DNA from: Deinococcales bacterium
GTDB lineage: Bacteria > Deinococcota > Deinococci > Deinococcales > JAAFIG01
DNA: 15,436 bases
NCBI GenBank assembly: GCA_031414595.1
Contig: JANNVX010000103.1
Span: 1 to 15,436 of the forward strand
Reading direction: 5' to 3'
Shown: positions 7,781 through 15,436 of the stretch, piece by piece
Layout: every line of letters begins with the position of its first letter
Position numbering within the stretch: the stretch's first letter is position 1
The notes under the pieces: model-generated
Databases searched by the model: none
Seen by the model: the letters and a program-made list of their open reading frames with translations, nothing else
What the model was told of the DNA's origin: nothing
Position numbers and translations under genes: made by a program

Positions 7781-9592
7781 CCATTTGGCAAAATACTCGA
7801 GCTTGGCTGTCCAGTTGCGAATTTTTGCATTTAGGTCGGCTGTACCATGTCCATCATCAAAAATCATTATCTCAAAATCTTGTCCTTCTATTTTGCCGTT
7901 CTCGAGCAGTTTAGCCACAAAATTCTCGGCTTGGTTGAGTGGGCAGCGTGGGTCGTTGCGTCCGTGCAGAATCAGCATTTTGGCACTTAATTGTTGAGCA
8001 TAATGAATCGCGCTGCGTTCGCGCCACAAGGCTTGGTTGGTGTCTGGGTCGCCCATCATGGAGCGAAAGTAATAGGCAAGAGCGGGGAGTAACTCGAGGT
8101 TGTCTTTGTAAAGTTGCTCGAGGTCAGTGATGCCAATTTCGGGTATCGCCACTTTGAACAGTTCGGGGCGTTTGGTGCTTGCGATATAGGTCATGTATCC
8201 ACCAAATGAACCGCCAGTAATCGCAATTCGGTCTGGGTTTACAAAGTCTTGGCGCTGTAAATATTTTGCGCCGTAAGCCACATCTTCAAGGTCTTTTCCA
8301 CCCCAGTCGTTTAGATTTGCGTCGCGCCATACAGTGCCGTAACCCGTGCTACCGCGAATGTTGGGTTGCAGTACCACATAGCCTTGGTCGGCAAGCACTT
8401 GGGCATCGGGGTCAAAGGTATAGCGAAATTGTGAGGTCGGTCCACCGTGAATATCCATGATGGCTGGAAATTGCTGTTCTGAACTGGCTTCTCGAGGTTT
8501 ATACAAGAATGCCGAGACCATCTGCCCGTCAAAACTTGGGTAGTTTATCAATTCGAGTTGCACAAAATCACTTGGCTCGAGGTCGCCATAATCGGCGGCT
8601 AAGATGGTTTGGTAAGTGTCGGTCTCGAGGTCATACAGCACAAATTCTTCGCGTCTAGTGGGCGTTTGAAGACTGACCAAGACTTTGGTCTCTGATACCC
8701 ACTCGCCGCCGTATGCCACGCCTTTAGGAATGTACAGGACTCGAGGCTCGAGTGTACTGGTGTGGTACAAAATCGGCTGCATGGCAGCTTGATAATCGCG
8801 CAGTGCCAGTAGCCAAGTGCCGTTTGGAGAGAATTTTTGGATGTATTCGGCTGTGCCAATCTGTTCGGGGCTGAGCCAAGTTGTGATTCTCGAGTTCAGG
8901 TCAAATAAGCCAATGCGGTGTTCTCCGCTCGAGTCGCTGGCTACGGCTAATTGGCTACAATTCGGGTGAATATCGCCGATTCGGTCAAATGCGCCATCTC
9001 TAATGCTCCAAACCCGCTCTAAGTGACTGCCATCGGTCTGGATGGTGTAGCCGTCCAAGTTGCGTTTTAGGGTGCTTTGGTTGCTGTCAAAGGTGATAAA
9101 TTTTCCATTGCTCGAGACGGCTGTCAAAAAAGCTGGGGCTTCAAAATAAGTCAGTTGCTGCCACGTTTTATTTTCTAAGTTCATGGTGTAAATCTGGGAT
9201 TGTCCAGATTGGGTACTCGAGAAAAACAGGGTTTGACCATCTGGACTGATTTTTTGTGGCATTTCTTGGCTTTTTGGGTTGTCGGTCAGTTGTTGCCAAA
9301 CCCTTGTCTCGAGATGACAAGACCATAAATTATGCTGCTCGTTGCCTGCGTTATCCAGTCCTAGAATAATGGTTGCATTATCTTGCCAGACAACATTGGT
9401 TCGTGGGGTGGCTGGCAGTTGACCATCTGAAATTTGGGTATTTTGCAGCGTGGATAATTCGAGCAGCCAAAGCTCAAAACGCCCAGAGCGGTTACTAAAA
9501 TAAACCATCTGCTGTTTATTGATTGAAAGGAACATCCCAAAAGAAACATGAAGCCGAATCATTGCCTCGAGTGACAACCTTGGTTTTGACAT
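7775..9592 (-). CDS. S9 family (prolyl oligopeptidase / acylaminoacyl) peptidase
   Basis: N-terminal propeller repeats (ISPDGQ, FSPNG); IHGGP, NIRGSTGYG, nucleophile GGSFGG, Asp in HGRNDPRC, His in DDGHG. TATACT 5 nt before the ATG. Confidence 0.95.
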   Translation of the reverse strand: MSKPRLSLEAMIRLHVSFGMFLSINKQQMVYFSNRSGRFELWLLELSTLQNTQISDGQLPATPRTNVVWQDNATIILGLDNAGNEQHNLWSCHLETRVWQQLTDNPKSQEMPQKISPDGQTLFFSSTQSGQSQIYTMNLENKTWQQLTYFEAPAFLTAVSSNGKFITFDSNQSTLKRNLDGYTIQTDGSHLERVWSIRDGAFDRIGDIHPNCSQLAVASDSSGEHRIGLFDLNSRITTWLSPEQIGTAEYIQKFSPNGTWLLALRDYQAAMQPILYHTSTLEPRVLYIPKGVAYGGEWVSETKVLVSLQTPTRREEFVLYDLETDTYQTILAADYGDLEPSDFVQLELINYPSFDGQMVSAFLYKPREASSEQQFPAIMDIHGGPTSQFRYTFDPDAQVLADQGYVVLQPNIRGSTGYGTVWRDANLNDWGGKDLEDVAYGAKYLQRQDFVNPDRIAITGGSFGGYMTYIASTKRPELFKVAIPEIGITDLEQLYKDNLELLPALAYYFRSMMGDPDTNQALWRERSAIHYAQQLSAKMLILHGRNDPRCPLNQAENFVAKLLENGKIEGQDFEIMIFDDGHGTADLNAKIRNWTAKLEYFAKWL

Positions 9593-9697
9593 AGGGCAGT
9601 ATAAATCATAATTTTATATCGAATTTACTCATGTAAACTGCTCTAAAATGAGCTTTACCCGTTGGGTGTTTCATCAAAACTCGAGTAGCCTAAGTCC

Positions 9698-10597
9698 ATG
9701 AATGCCTTAGAAATTGTTTTGGACGGCTTAATGCAGCGTTACCAATCTCGAGTGCCAGATGTTGAAAAAGTGATTGCCGCAATGGTGCAAGAAAAACTCA
9801 TCTCGAGTGCCGCAGACATCGAAAATGACCATATTGCTTTTCGGACAATGGGTGTACCGCAATTGGGTATGAAATCTTTTGAAAAGATTTTTTTGCATTA
9901 CGGCTATGAACGCCGTGAAGCCTACCGTTTCGCCCATAAAAAACTCGATGCTTTTTGGTACAGCCCTCCAGACCCAAAGTATCCTAGAATTTTTGTCTCC
10001 GAGTTGCGGGTGGCTGACCTCAGTCTCGAGGCTCGAGAGATTATTACTTCTTACACCAATCAAATCCCGACCGACCCCGTGGACAACTTAGATTTAGACA
10101 ATGGTCTCGAGATGGATGCTTTTCTGCACAGCCCCTTGTGGCAACTCCCGACTTTAGCGCATTACGAAGCACTCCAAGCCGAATCTGAATACGCCGCATG
10201 GGTGATTTACAACCGCTATTACCTCAATCATTTCACGGTTTCGGTGCATAACTTGCCTACACCGCAAAACACCTGTCTTGGCTTTAACGAATTTTTGAAA
10301 GCACATGGTTTTAAGCTCAATAACGCTGGTGGTGAAATCAAACAAAGCCCTGACGGGTTCTTGCTCCAATCCAGTACGGTTGCCGAAATGATTGATGTAG
10401 AGTTTCCCTGCGGTGAGACCAAACGAATCTCGGGGTCATATGTCGAATTTGCCGAACGCCGAGTCTTACCGCAATTTGCCCATCTCGAGCCAAGCCAAAT
10501 AAACCGCCAACATCGCCGTGAAGGTTTTGAGGCTGGAAATGCTGATAAAATTTTTGAGAGTACCTTTACCACCCAAACGGCGCAAAGAAGTTCCTAG
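9698..10597 (+). CDS. DUF1338 family protein, likely 2-oxoadipate dioxygenase/decarboxylase (HglS-like)
   Basis: NDHIAFRT, PRIFVSEL, ESEYAAW, NHFTVSV, LLQSST, SYVEFAER, GFEAGNADKIFEST; candidate Fe ligands H, H, E present. Confidence 0.85.
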   Translation: MNALEIVLDGLMQRYQSRVPDVEKVIAAMVQEKLISSAADIENDHIAFRTMGVPQLGMKSFEKIFLHYGYERREAYRFAHKKLDAFWYSPPDPKYPRIFVSELRVADLSLEAREIITSYTNQIPTDPVDNLDLDNGLEMDAFLHSPLWQLPTLAHYEALQAESEYAAWVIYNRYYLNHFTVSVHNLPTPQNTCLGFNEFLKAHGFKLNNAGGEIKQSPDGFLLQSSTVAEMIDVEFPCGETKRISGSYVEFAERRVLPQFAHLEPSQINRQHRREGFEAGNADKIFESTFTTQTAQRSS

Positions 10598-10688
10598 CTC
10601 CTAGCTTCTGGTTATTAGCCAAAACCATGTCATAGATGAAATTTTTGCACACGCTGTAAAGTGAATAATAACGAAATCCCAATCAACC

Positions 10689-10715
10689 GTAGGGGCAGAC
10701 CCCCGTGTCTGCCCT
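10689..10715 (+). repeat. GTAG-type REP hairpin
   Basis: GTAG (10689-92), stem gggcagac (10693-10700), loop ccccgt, stem gtctgccc (10707-14). Confidence 0.7.
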
Positions 10716-10763
10716 GACCAAGCCAAAGCCTCGAGCCAAGGCACAACCCAAAAGGACAAAATC

Positions 10764-12320
10764 ATGAAAACCTATTCAAACATTATCGGTGGTCAAGCAG
10801 TCTCGAGCCAAAAAACCTTTCTTTCGCGTAACTCGAGTAACTTATCGGACATTCTTGGTGAATTCCCAGAATCTAGTCTCGAGCAGGTACGGGATGCCTG
10901 TATCGCGGCTAAAAAAGGCTTTGAAGTTTGGCGTAAAACCCCAGCCCCAATTCGTGGACAGATTATTGGCAATATCGGTAAAGCCATCGAACGTGAAAAA
11001 GAGGCTTTGTCGCAACTACTCTCGAGAGAAATGGGCAAGACCTTAAAAGAGGCACGCGGCGATGTTCAAGAAGCCATAGACACTTGTCATTTTTTTCAGT
11101 CCGAGGGTCGCAGGCTTTACGGGCAAACTGTGCCATCCGAGATGCACAACAAAGAACTCAGCACCTACCGCCGTCCGCTTGGTGTGGTCGGTGTGATTAC
11201 AGCCGGGAATTTTCCTGTGGCAGTGCCATCTTGGAAAATTATTCCAGCCTTGGTCACGGGGAACAGCATTGTCTGGAAGCCTTCGGAGGATGCTGCCGCA
11301 ACTTCGTATGCTTTTGCCAAACTGCTCGAGGAGGGCGGTCTGCCCGATGGTGTGCTGAATGTGGTTTTTGGTGGCGGGGCTGGAGCGGCTGGCGAGTTCT
11401 TGGTCGGCATGATGGACGAAAAACGCCTCAATAAAATTGCCTTTACAGGCAGCACCGCCGTTGGTCGTAAAATCGGTGAGGTGGCTGGGCGTAACTTAAC
11501 GCACCCGACCCTCGAGTTGGGCGGCAAGAACCCAATGATTGTGATGCGCGATGCTGACCTTGACAATGCCGTGGCTGGGGCGCTTTGGGCAGCCTTCGGC
11601 ACGGGTGGGCAGCGCTGCACCAGCCTCGGCAACTTAATTTTGGATGAACCAATTCATGATGCCTTTATCGAAAAGTTCCTCGAGAAAGTCAAATCTATTA
11701 AAATTGGCGACCCGATTCTGCACGAGGATGTCTTGTACGGACCATTTATCAATGAGCGTTTCTATGCTGCTTGGGATGCCCATTACGATATGGCGCAAAG
11801 CGACGGTGCAACACTGCTACATGGCTCGAGAAGAATTACCGATGCGAACAAAGAAAACTTTATTGGCGACCCCAGCACTGGCTTTTTTGGTTCGCCGACT
11901 GTCTGGGCGGGTGTGACCAAAGAAATGAAAATCTTCCAAACCGAGGTTTTTGGTCCTACCGTCAGCATTGTGAAAGTCAACGGCATAGATGAAGCCATTG
12001 AAACCGCCAACAGCGTAGATTATGGTCTCTCGAGTGCAATTTACACCAATAACCGCATGTGGGCATACCAATTTAAGGACACCATCCAAGCCGGTATGAG
12101 CAGCATCAACAACAGCACGACGGGTGCAGAGGCACACATGCCATTTGGTGGGGTCAAAGGCTCAGGCAATGGCACACGCGAATCGGGGATTTGGGTGATT
12201 GAAAGCTACACCTACTGGCATGGAGTCAACGATGAACTCTCGGGCAAGTTGCAACTGGCGCAGATGGATACCGAATATGGTCAGGTCAAACAGGCTTTTG
12301 AAGTCTCGAGCTTGATGTAA
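10764..12320 (+). CDS. NAD(P)-dependent aldehyde dehydrogenase, probably aminoadipate-semialdehyde/P6C type
   Basis: ITAGNFP, WKPSE, FTGST, LELGGKN, GQRCT (catalytic Cys), EVFGP, PFGGVKGSG; AAAGGA RBS. Substrate inferred from the DUF1338 neighbour. Confidence 0.92.
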   Translation: MKTYSNIIGGQAVSSQKTFLSRNSSNLSDILGEFPESSLEQVRDACIAAKKGFEVWRKTPAPIRGQIIGNIGKAIEREKEALSQLLSREMGKTLKEARGDVQEAIDTCHFFQSEGRRLYGQTVPSEMHNKELSTYRRPLGVVGVITAGNFPVAVPSWKIIPALVTGNSIVWKPSEDAAATSYAFAKLLEEGGLPDGVLNVVFGGGAGAAGEFLVGMMDEKRLNKIAFTGSTAVGRKIGEVAGRNLTHPTLELGGKNPMIVMRDADLDNAVAGALWAAFGTGGQRCTSLGNLILDEPIHDAFIEKFLEKVKSIKIGDPILHEDVLYGPFINERFYAAWDAHYDMAQSDGATLLHGSRRITDANKENFIGDPSTGFFGSPTVWAGVTKEMKIFQTEVFGPTVSIVKVNGIDEAIETANSVDYGLSSAIYTNNRMWAYQFKDTIQAGMSSINNSTTGAEAHMPFGGVKGSGNGTRESGIWVIESYTYWHGVNDELSGKLQLAQMDTEYGQVKQAFEVSSLM

Positions 12321-12337
12321 GATTAGGTTTTTATCTT

Positions 12338-12365
12338 AGGCAGCCCTTTTCGGGCTGCCTTTTTT
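12338..12365 (+). terminator. Intrinsic terminator after the ALDH gene
   Basis: aggcagccc-ttttc-gggctgcct 9-bp stem followed by a T run. Confidence 0.9.
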
Positions 12366-12495
12366 GATTTTGTAGTGCAATCCCTCACATGGCTACTGAG
12401 AAGATGATATTCTGCTGATAAGGAGCAATCCCAAAAGTTATGCAAAGTATCCCTTTCAGCCGTTTGGCTGTGAAAAATTCCCCAAAGGAGCCATC

Positions 12496-14214
12496 ATGGA
12501 TCAATTACTTATTGGTCTGCTTTTTGGCATTCTTGTCGGGGCTGGAGTCATTTACGCCGTTCTCAATGCGAATTTCAAGCGCACCCTCGAGACTCGGAGC
12601 AATGCTGACACGGAAATTCGTGAAGCCGCGCAACGTGAAGCCGAAACCATCCGACGTGAAGCCGAAGCAGTTAAATTACAAGCCACCTCGCTTAAAGCCC
12701 AAGCTGAGTCTGATGCAGTGCGAATTAAACAAGAAGTTGAATTACGCGCTCGAGACGAAGCATTGGCATTTCAGAACAAGCTAGAATCAGAACTTAGAAC
12801 TAAATTTGAACTCGAGTCTACTCGAGAGCGCGAAATCATTAAAGCAGACCGCGAAACGATTAAAGCAGATCGTGACGGCTTAAAATCCGAACGTGACGGA
12901 CTGCGTTCCGAACGTGAAGAACTCAGGCTTGAATCCGAGCGCTTATCGAGACGCGGCGAGCAAATGGATACCCGCGCCAGTAAACTCGATCAACTCGAAG
13001 AAACCCTCCATGCCGATAAGAAACGCACCAGCGAATTACAAACAAGTTTAGAACAAAAAATCCATGAATCTGAGTTAAAACTCTACGAAGTCGCCCAACT
13101 GACCCGCGAAGCCGCCGCCAAGCAAATTTTAGAAAAACTAGACGACGAACTCGAGGAAGAAAAAGTGGTGCGGATTCGCACGATGATGAACCGCGTCAAT
13201 TTGGATGTCAAACGCCAAACCCAGAGCATTATTGCCCAAGCAATTCAACGCAGCGCCTCGGAAACCACGGCTCAGATTAGTGTCAGCGTCGTGCCGATTC
13301 CGTCGGATGCGATGAAAGGCAGAATTATCGGACGTGAAGGACGCAATATCAGAGCTTTTGAGGCTTTAACGGGCGTTGACCTGATTATTGATGACACGCC
13401 AGAAGCCGTGATTTTAAGCAGCTTTAACCCAATTCGCCGTGAAGTTGCGGTCAAAGCCCTCGAGCAGTTGGTTGGCGACGGACGAATTCACCCAACCCGC
13501 ATCGAAGAAGTGGTGCAAAAAGCCCAAGACGAAATGAAAACCTATATTCTCGAGCGTGGCGAAGAAGCCGCCATCGAAGCCAATGTGGTTGGCTTAAAAC
13601 CTGGACTACTACAACTGATGGGCAGAATGCACTTTCGCACCAGTTATGCCCAGAATGTTTTGAAACACAGCATTCAAGTCGCCCACCTGACTGGTATTAT
13701 GGCAGCCGAACTTGGCTTAGATGCGGTCTTGGCACGTCGGGCTGGACTGCTGCACGACATTGGCAAAAGCATAGACCGTGAAATCGAAGGCACTCACGTA
13801 GACATTGGCATTACCCTCGCCAAGCGCTTTGGCGAACCATTTGAAGTGATTGATGCAATTGCCCACCACCACGACCCAGAAAACGGTGAAACAGTCTACA
13901 GTGTGCTGGCGGCGGCTGCCGATGCGATTAGCGCTGCCCGCCCCGGCGCGAGGCGCGAGGACTTAGAAACCTACGTTAAACGCTTGCAGCAACTCGAGAC
14001 GATAGCGGTTTCTTTTCCCGGTGTGGAAAATGCCTTTGCGATTCAAGCCGGACGCGAAGTGCGGGTGATTGTTCAGCCCGATAAGGTATCCGACAGCAAA
14101 GCCACGATGTTAGCTCGAGAAATTGCTACCCGCATTGAGCAAGACATGGAATACCCCGGGCAGGTGCAAGTGACTGTGGTACGCGAAATGCGTTCAGTCG
14201 AATACGCAAGGTAA
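12496..14214 (+). CDS. rny: Ribonuclease Y
   Basis: N-terminal TM helix, long coiled coil, KH domain ([14 protein letters not shown]), HD domain ([24 protein letters not shown]), C-terminal [22 protein letters not shown]. Confidence 0.97.
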   Translation: MDQLLIGLLFGILVGAGVIYAVLNANFKRTLETRSNADTEIREAAQREAETIRREAEAVKLQATSLKAQAESDAVRIKQEVELRARDEALAFQNKLESELRTKFELESTREREIIKADRETIKADRDGLKSERDGLRSEREELRLESERLSRRGEQMDTRASKLDQLEETLHADKKRTSELQTSLEQKIHESELKLYEVAQLTREAAAKQILEKLDDELEEEKVVRIRTMMNRVNLDVKRQTQSIIAQAIQRSASETTAQISVSVVPIPSDAMKGRIIGREGRNIRAFEALTGVDLIIDDTPEAVILSSFNPIRREVAVKALEQLVGDGRIHPTRIEEVVQKAQDEMKTYILERGEEAAIEANVVGLKPGLLQLMGRMHFRTSYAQNVLKHSIQVAHLTGIMAAELGLDAVLARRAGLLHDIGKSIDREIEGTHVDIGITLAKRFGEPFEVIDAIAHHHDPENGETVYSVLAAAADAISAARPGARREDLETYVKRLQQLETIAVSFPGVENAFAIQAGREVRVIVQPDKVSDSKATMLAREIATRIEQDMEYPGQVQVTVVREMRSVEYAR

Positions 14215-14227
14215 AACAATTATTTCT

Positions 14228-14257
14228 AAAGTCCTCGAGCGGCCGCTCGAGGACTTT
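14228..14257. terminator. Perfect 30-bp palindrome, probable bidirectional terminator
   Basis: AAAGTCCTCGAGCGGCCGCTCGAGGACTTT between convergent rny and XRE genes, with short T runs on both strands. Confidence 0.8.
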
Positions 14258-14263
14258 TAAGTT

Positions 14264-14641
14264 TTATCGCCTAAACGTCGTTCCTAAAGTTGCTCCATCT
14301 TCTCTTGAAATCAGCGTAACTTGAACATCAAAACCAAGGGCGTTTGCCACTTCGGTAATGCTTTTTAACTCGAGATTCTGGGCTTTTTCCAAGGTACTAA
14401 TTCGCCCGTGGGTTGTGCCGAGGCTACGCGCCAATTCACGTTTACCAATATCACGGGTTTTACGGGCATCCTCGAGTAACGCCCCGATTTTAGATTCCAT
14501 GTAACCTTGTTCAACCATCTCGAGTAAATCCCGAGGGTCTTCTTCTGGGATGTTGACAGGGGTTTTAGGGATGATAATGTCATCTCGCAACTTAAGAACT
14601 CTTTGTAGAGCAGCTTTTCTAGCTTCAACATTTTTTCTCAT
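14264..14641 (-). CDS. XRE-family HTH protein
   Basis: Start placed at ATG 14641 after AGGAGG. IGALLEDARKTRDIGKRELARSLGTTHGRISTLEKAQNLELKSITEVANALG is an HTH_3 pattern. Confidence 0.85.
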   Translation of the reverse strand: MRKNVEARKAALQRVLKLRDDIIIPKTPVNIPEEDPRDLLEMVEQGYMESKIGALLEDARKTRDIGKRELARSLGTTHGRISTLEKAQNLELKSITEVANALGFDVQVTLISREDGATLGTTFRR

Positions 14642-14697
14642 TTTGTTTAACCTCCTGCAATCCAACTAAGCTACAATTTTTATTGGTCGAGAGAAGG

Positions 14698-14994
14698 TCA
14701 ACCATCTAACTTCTCAACTGTCTCAACAACATATTTCACGTCAGGTTCGGAATCTGGGTTCAACCAAGCCCGAAAGACCAGTTCTGGAGAAAAGTAATTC
14801 CGATTTTGCATGAAGACATTGACCGCAGAATCAAAGTCGGGGTTTGCTAAACCGATAGATAAAGTATGTTCTGTTTGGACAGTGGTACTATTATCTGGTA
14901 AATAATGCCCCCAAGAACGACCACATTTACAGAAACGACGTTCCGAAAAAAGCCGAACAATATCGTTACAATGACCACAAAATAATAGTTTCAT
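14698..14994 (-). CDS. Small hypothetical protein with CxxC...CxC (possible zinc binding)
   Basis: AGGAG RBS; MKLLFCGHCNDIV...RFCKCGRSWG. Confidence 0.7.
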   Translation of the reverse strand: MKLLFCGHCNDIVRLFSERRFCKCGRSWGHYLPDNSTTVQTEHTLSIGLANPDFDSAVNVFMQNRNYFSPELVFRAWLNPDSEPDVKYVVETVEKLDG

Positions 14995-15080
14995 ACGCTC
15001 CTACACTTCACTTTTCGTAAAACAAATCAAGCAAAACCAGCCTACCATAGTCAATATCTGAGTGGTATATTTGTGGTCAG

Positions 15081-15311
15081 ATGCAATCACTACTTCCACC
15101 ATTCTTCTCAAAAATATCCAGTGCTAAACGAGTTTTACTGGCTGGGGCTGGTGGCGGCTTTGACATTTATTGTGGATTGCCTTTGTACTTTGCGCTGCGA
15201 GAAGCTGGCAAAGAAGTTTTTCTGGCTAATCTTTCGTTTTCAATGTTGGATACTGTGCCGAGCATCACCACTGGTTTACATGAAGTTAAACCCACATCAT
15301 ACCAACTTTAG
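15081..15311 (+). pseudogene. 5' fragment of a DUF1152-like gene truncated by an IS insertion
   Basis: RVLLAGAGGGFDIYCGLPLYFALREAGKEVFLANLSFS resembles the N-terminus of the roughly 300-aa DUF1152 family. The frame stops after 76 aa, inside the putative IS end. Confidence 0.75.
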
Positions 15312-15436
15312 GTAGATAATAAGGAATGTCAAGATTAGGCACACCTCTAACCGCCCACCATACGACTGAAGAACTCGAGAAACACTACAAACAGTGCAAA
15401 GATGCCAAAGAAAAAACTCGTCGCCAAGTGATATGG
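15300..15436 (+). mobile_element. Left end of an IS630-family insertion sequence (partial)
   Basis: Begins at a TA (TACCAACTTT..., 15300), followed 26 nt later by a transposase-like ORF. The right end is outside the window, so the boundary is inferred. Confidence 0.7.
15326..15436 (+). CDS. IS630-family transposase, N-terminal part (runs off window; not in ORF track)
   Basis: MSRLGTPLTAHHTTEELEKHYKQCKDAKEKTRRQVIW resembles the H..EEL...Y....D..E..R.Q.IW start of IS630 transposases. Confidence 0.75.
   Translation, partial: MSRLGTPLTAHHTTEELEKHYKQCKDAKEKTRRQVIW

Noticed and set aside
9624-9637. TTTAC-N4-GTAAA inverted repeat as an operator
   Set aside because: Only 5-bp arms in AT-rich DNA, with no second copy.
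14231-14254. XhoI-NotI-XhoI cloning linker or vector contamination
   Set aside because: Sits where a terminator is expected between intact convergent genes, and CTCGAG is abundant throughout. No other vector sequence is visible.
1804-14631. Other short alternative-frame and antisense ORFs inside the long genes
   Set aside because: Shadows of well-supported CDSs with no independent signals or motifs.
14642-14665. Upstream start for the XRE gene at 14665
   Set aside because: The extension contains the AGGAGG RBS serving ATG 14641.
15073-15315. 80-aa ORF MVRCNHY...
   Set aside because: Alternative frame over the DUF1152-like fragment, which carries the recognisable motif.

Overview
Bacterial chromosomal window, probably Deinococcota (inferred from protein families and many leaderless genes), with modest GC (about 45-47% by eye). 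In order: 3' end of a TPR protein made of four near-identical 120-bp repeats; a REP-like palindromic cluster; a higBA operon with an extended HigA; an M16C (PreP-like) peptidase; a hypothetical protein with ADP-ribosyltransferase-like motifs; a wHTH regulator; an MNT-HEPN pair coupled to an EamA transporter; an S9 peptidase; a DUF1338/HglS-like dioxygenase plus an ALDH (likely lysine catabolism); RNase Y; an XRE protein; a small Cys-rich protein; and a DUF1152-like gene cut by an IS630-like element running off the window. The strongest unexplained signal is the palindrome CTCGAG. I hand-counted about 100 copies versus about 3 expected. It occurs in all reading frames and between genes, forms both arms of a 30-bp terminator hairpin, and is absent from a foreign-looking 850-bp stretch, like a HIP1- or uptake-sequence-type motif. 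All calls come from reading motifs; no database searches were run.
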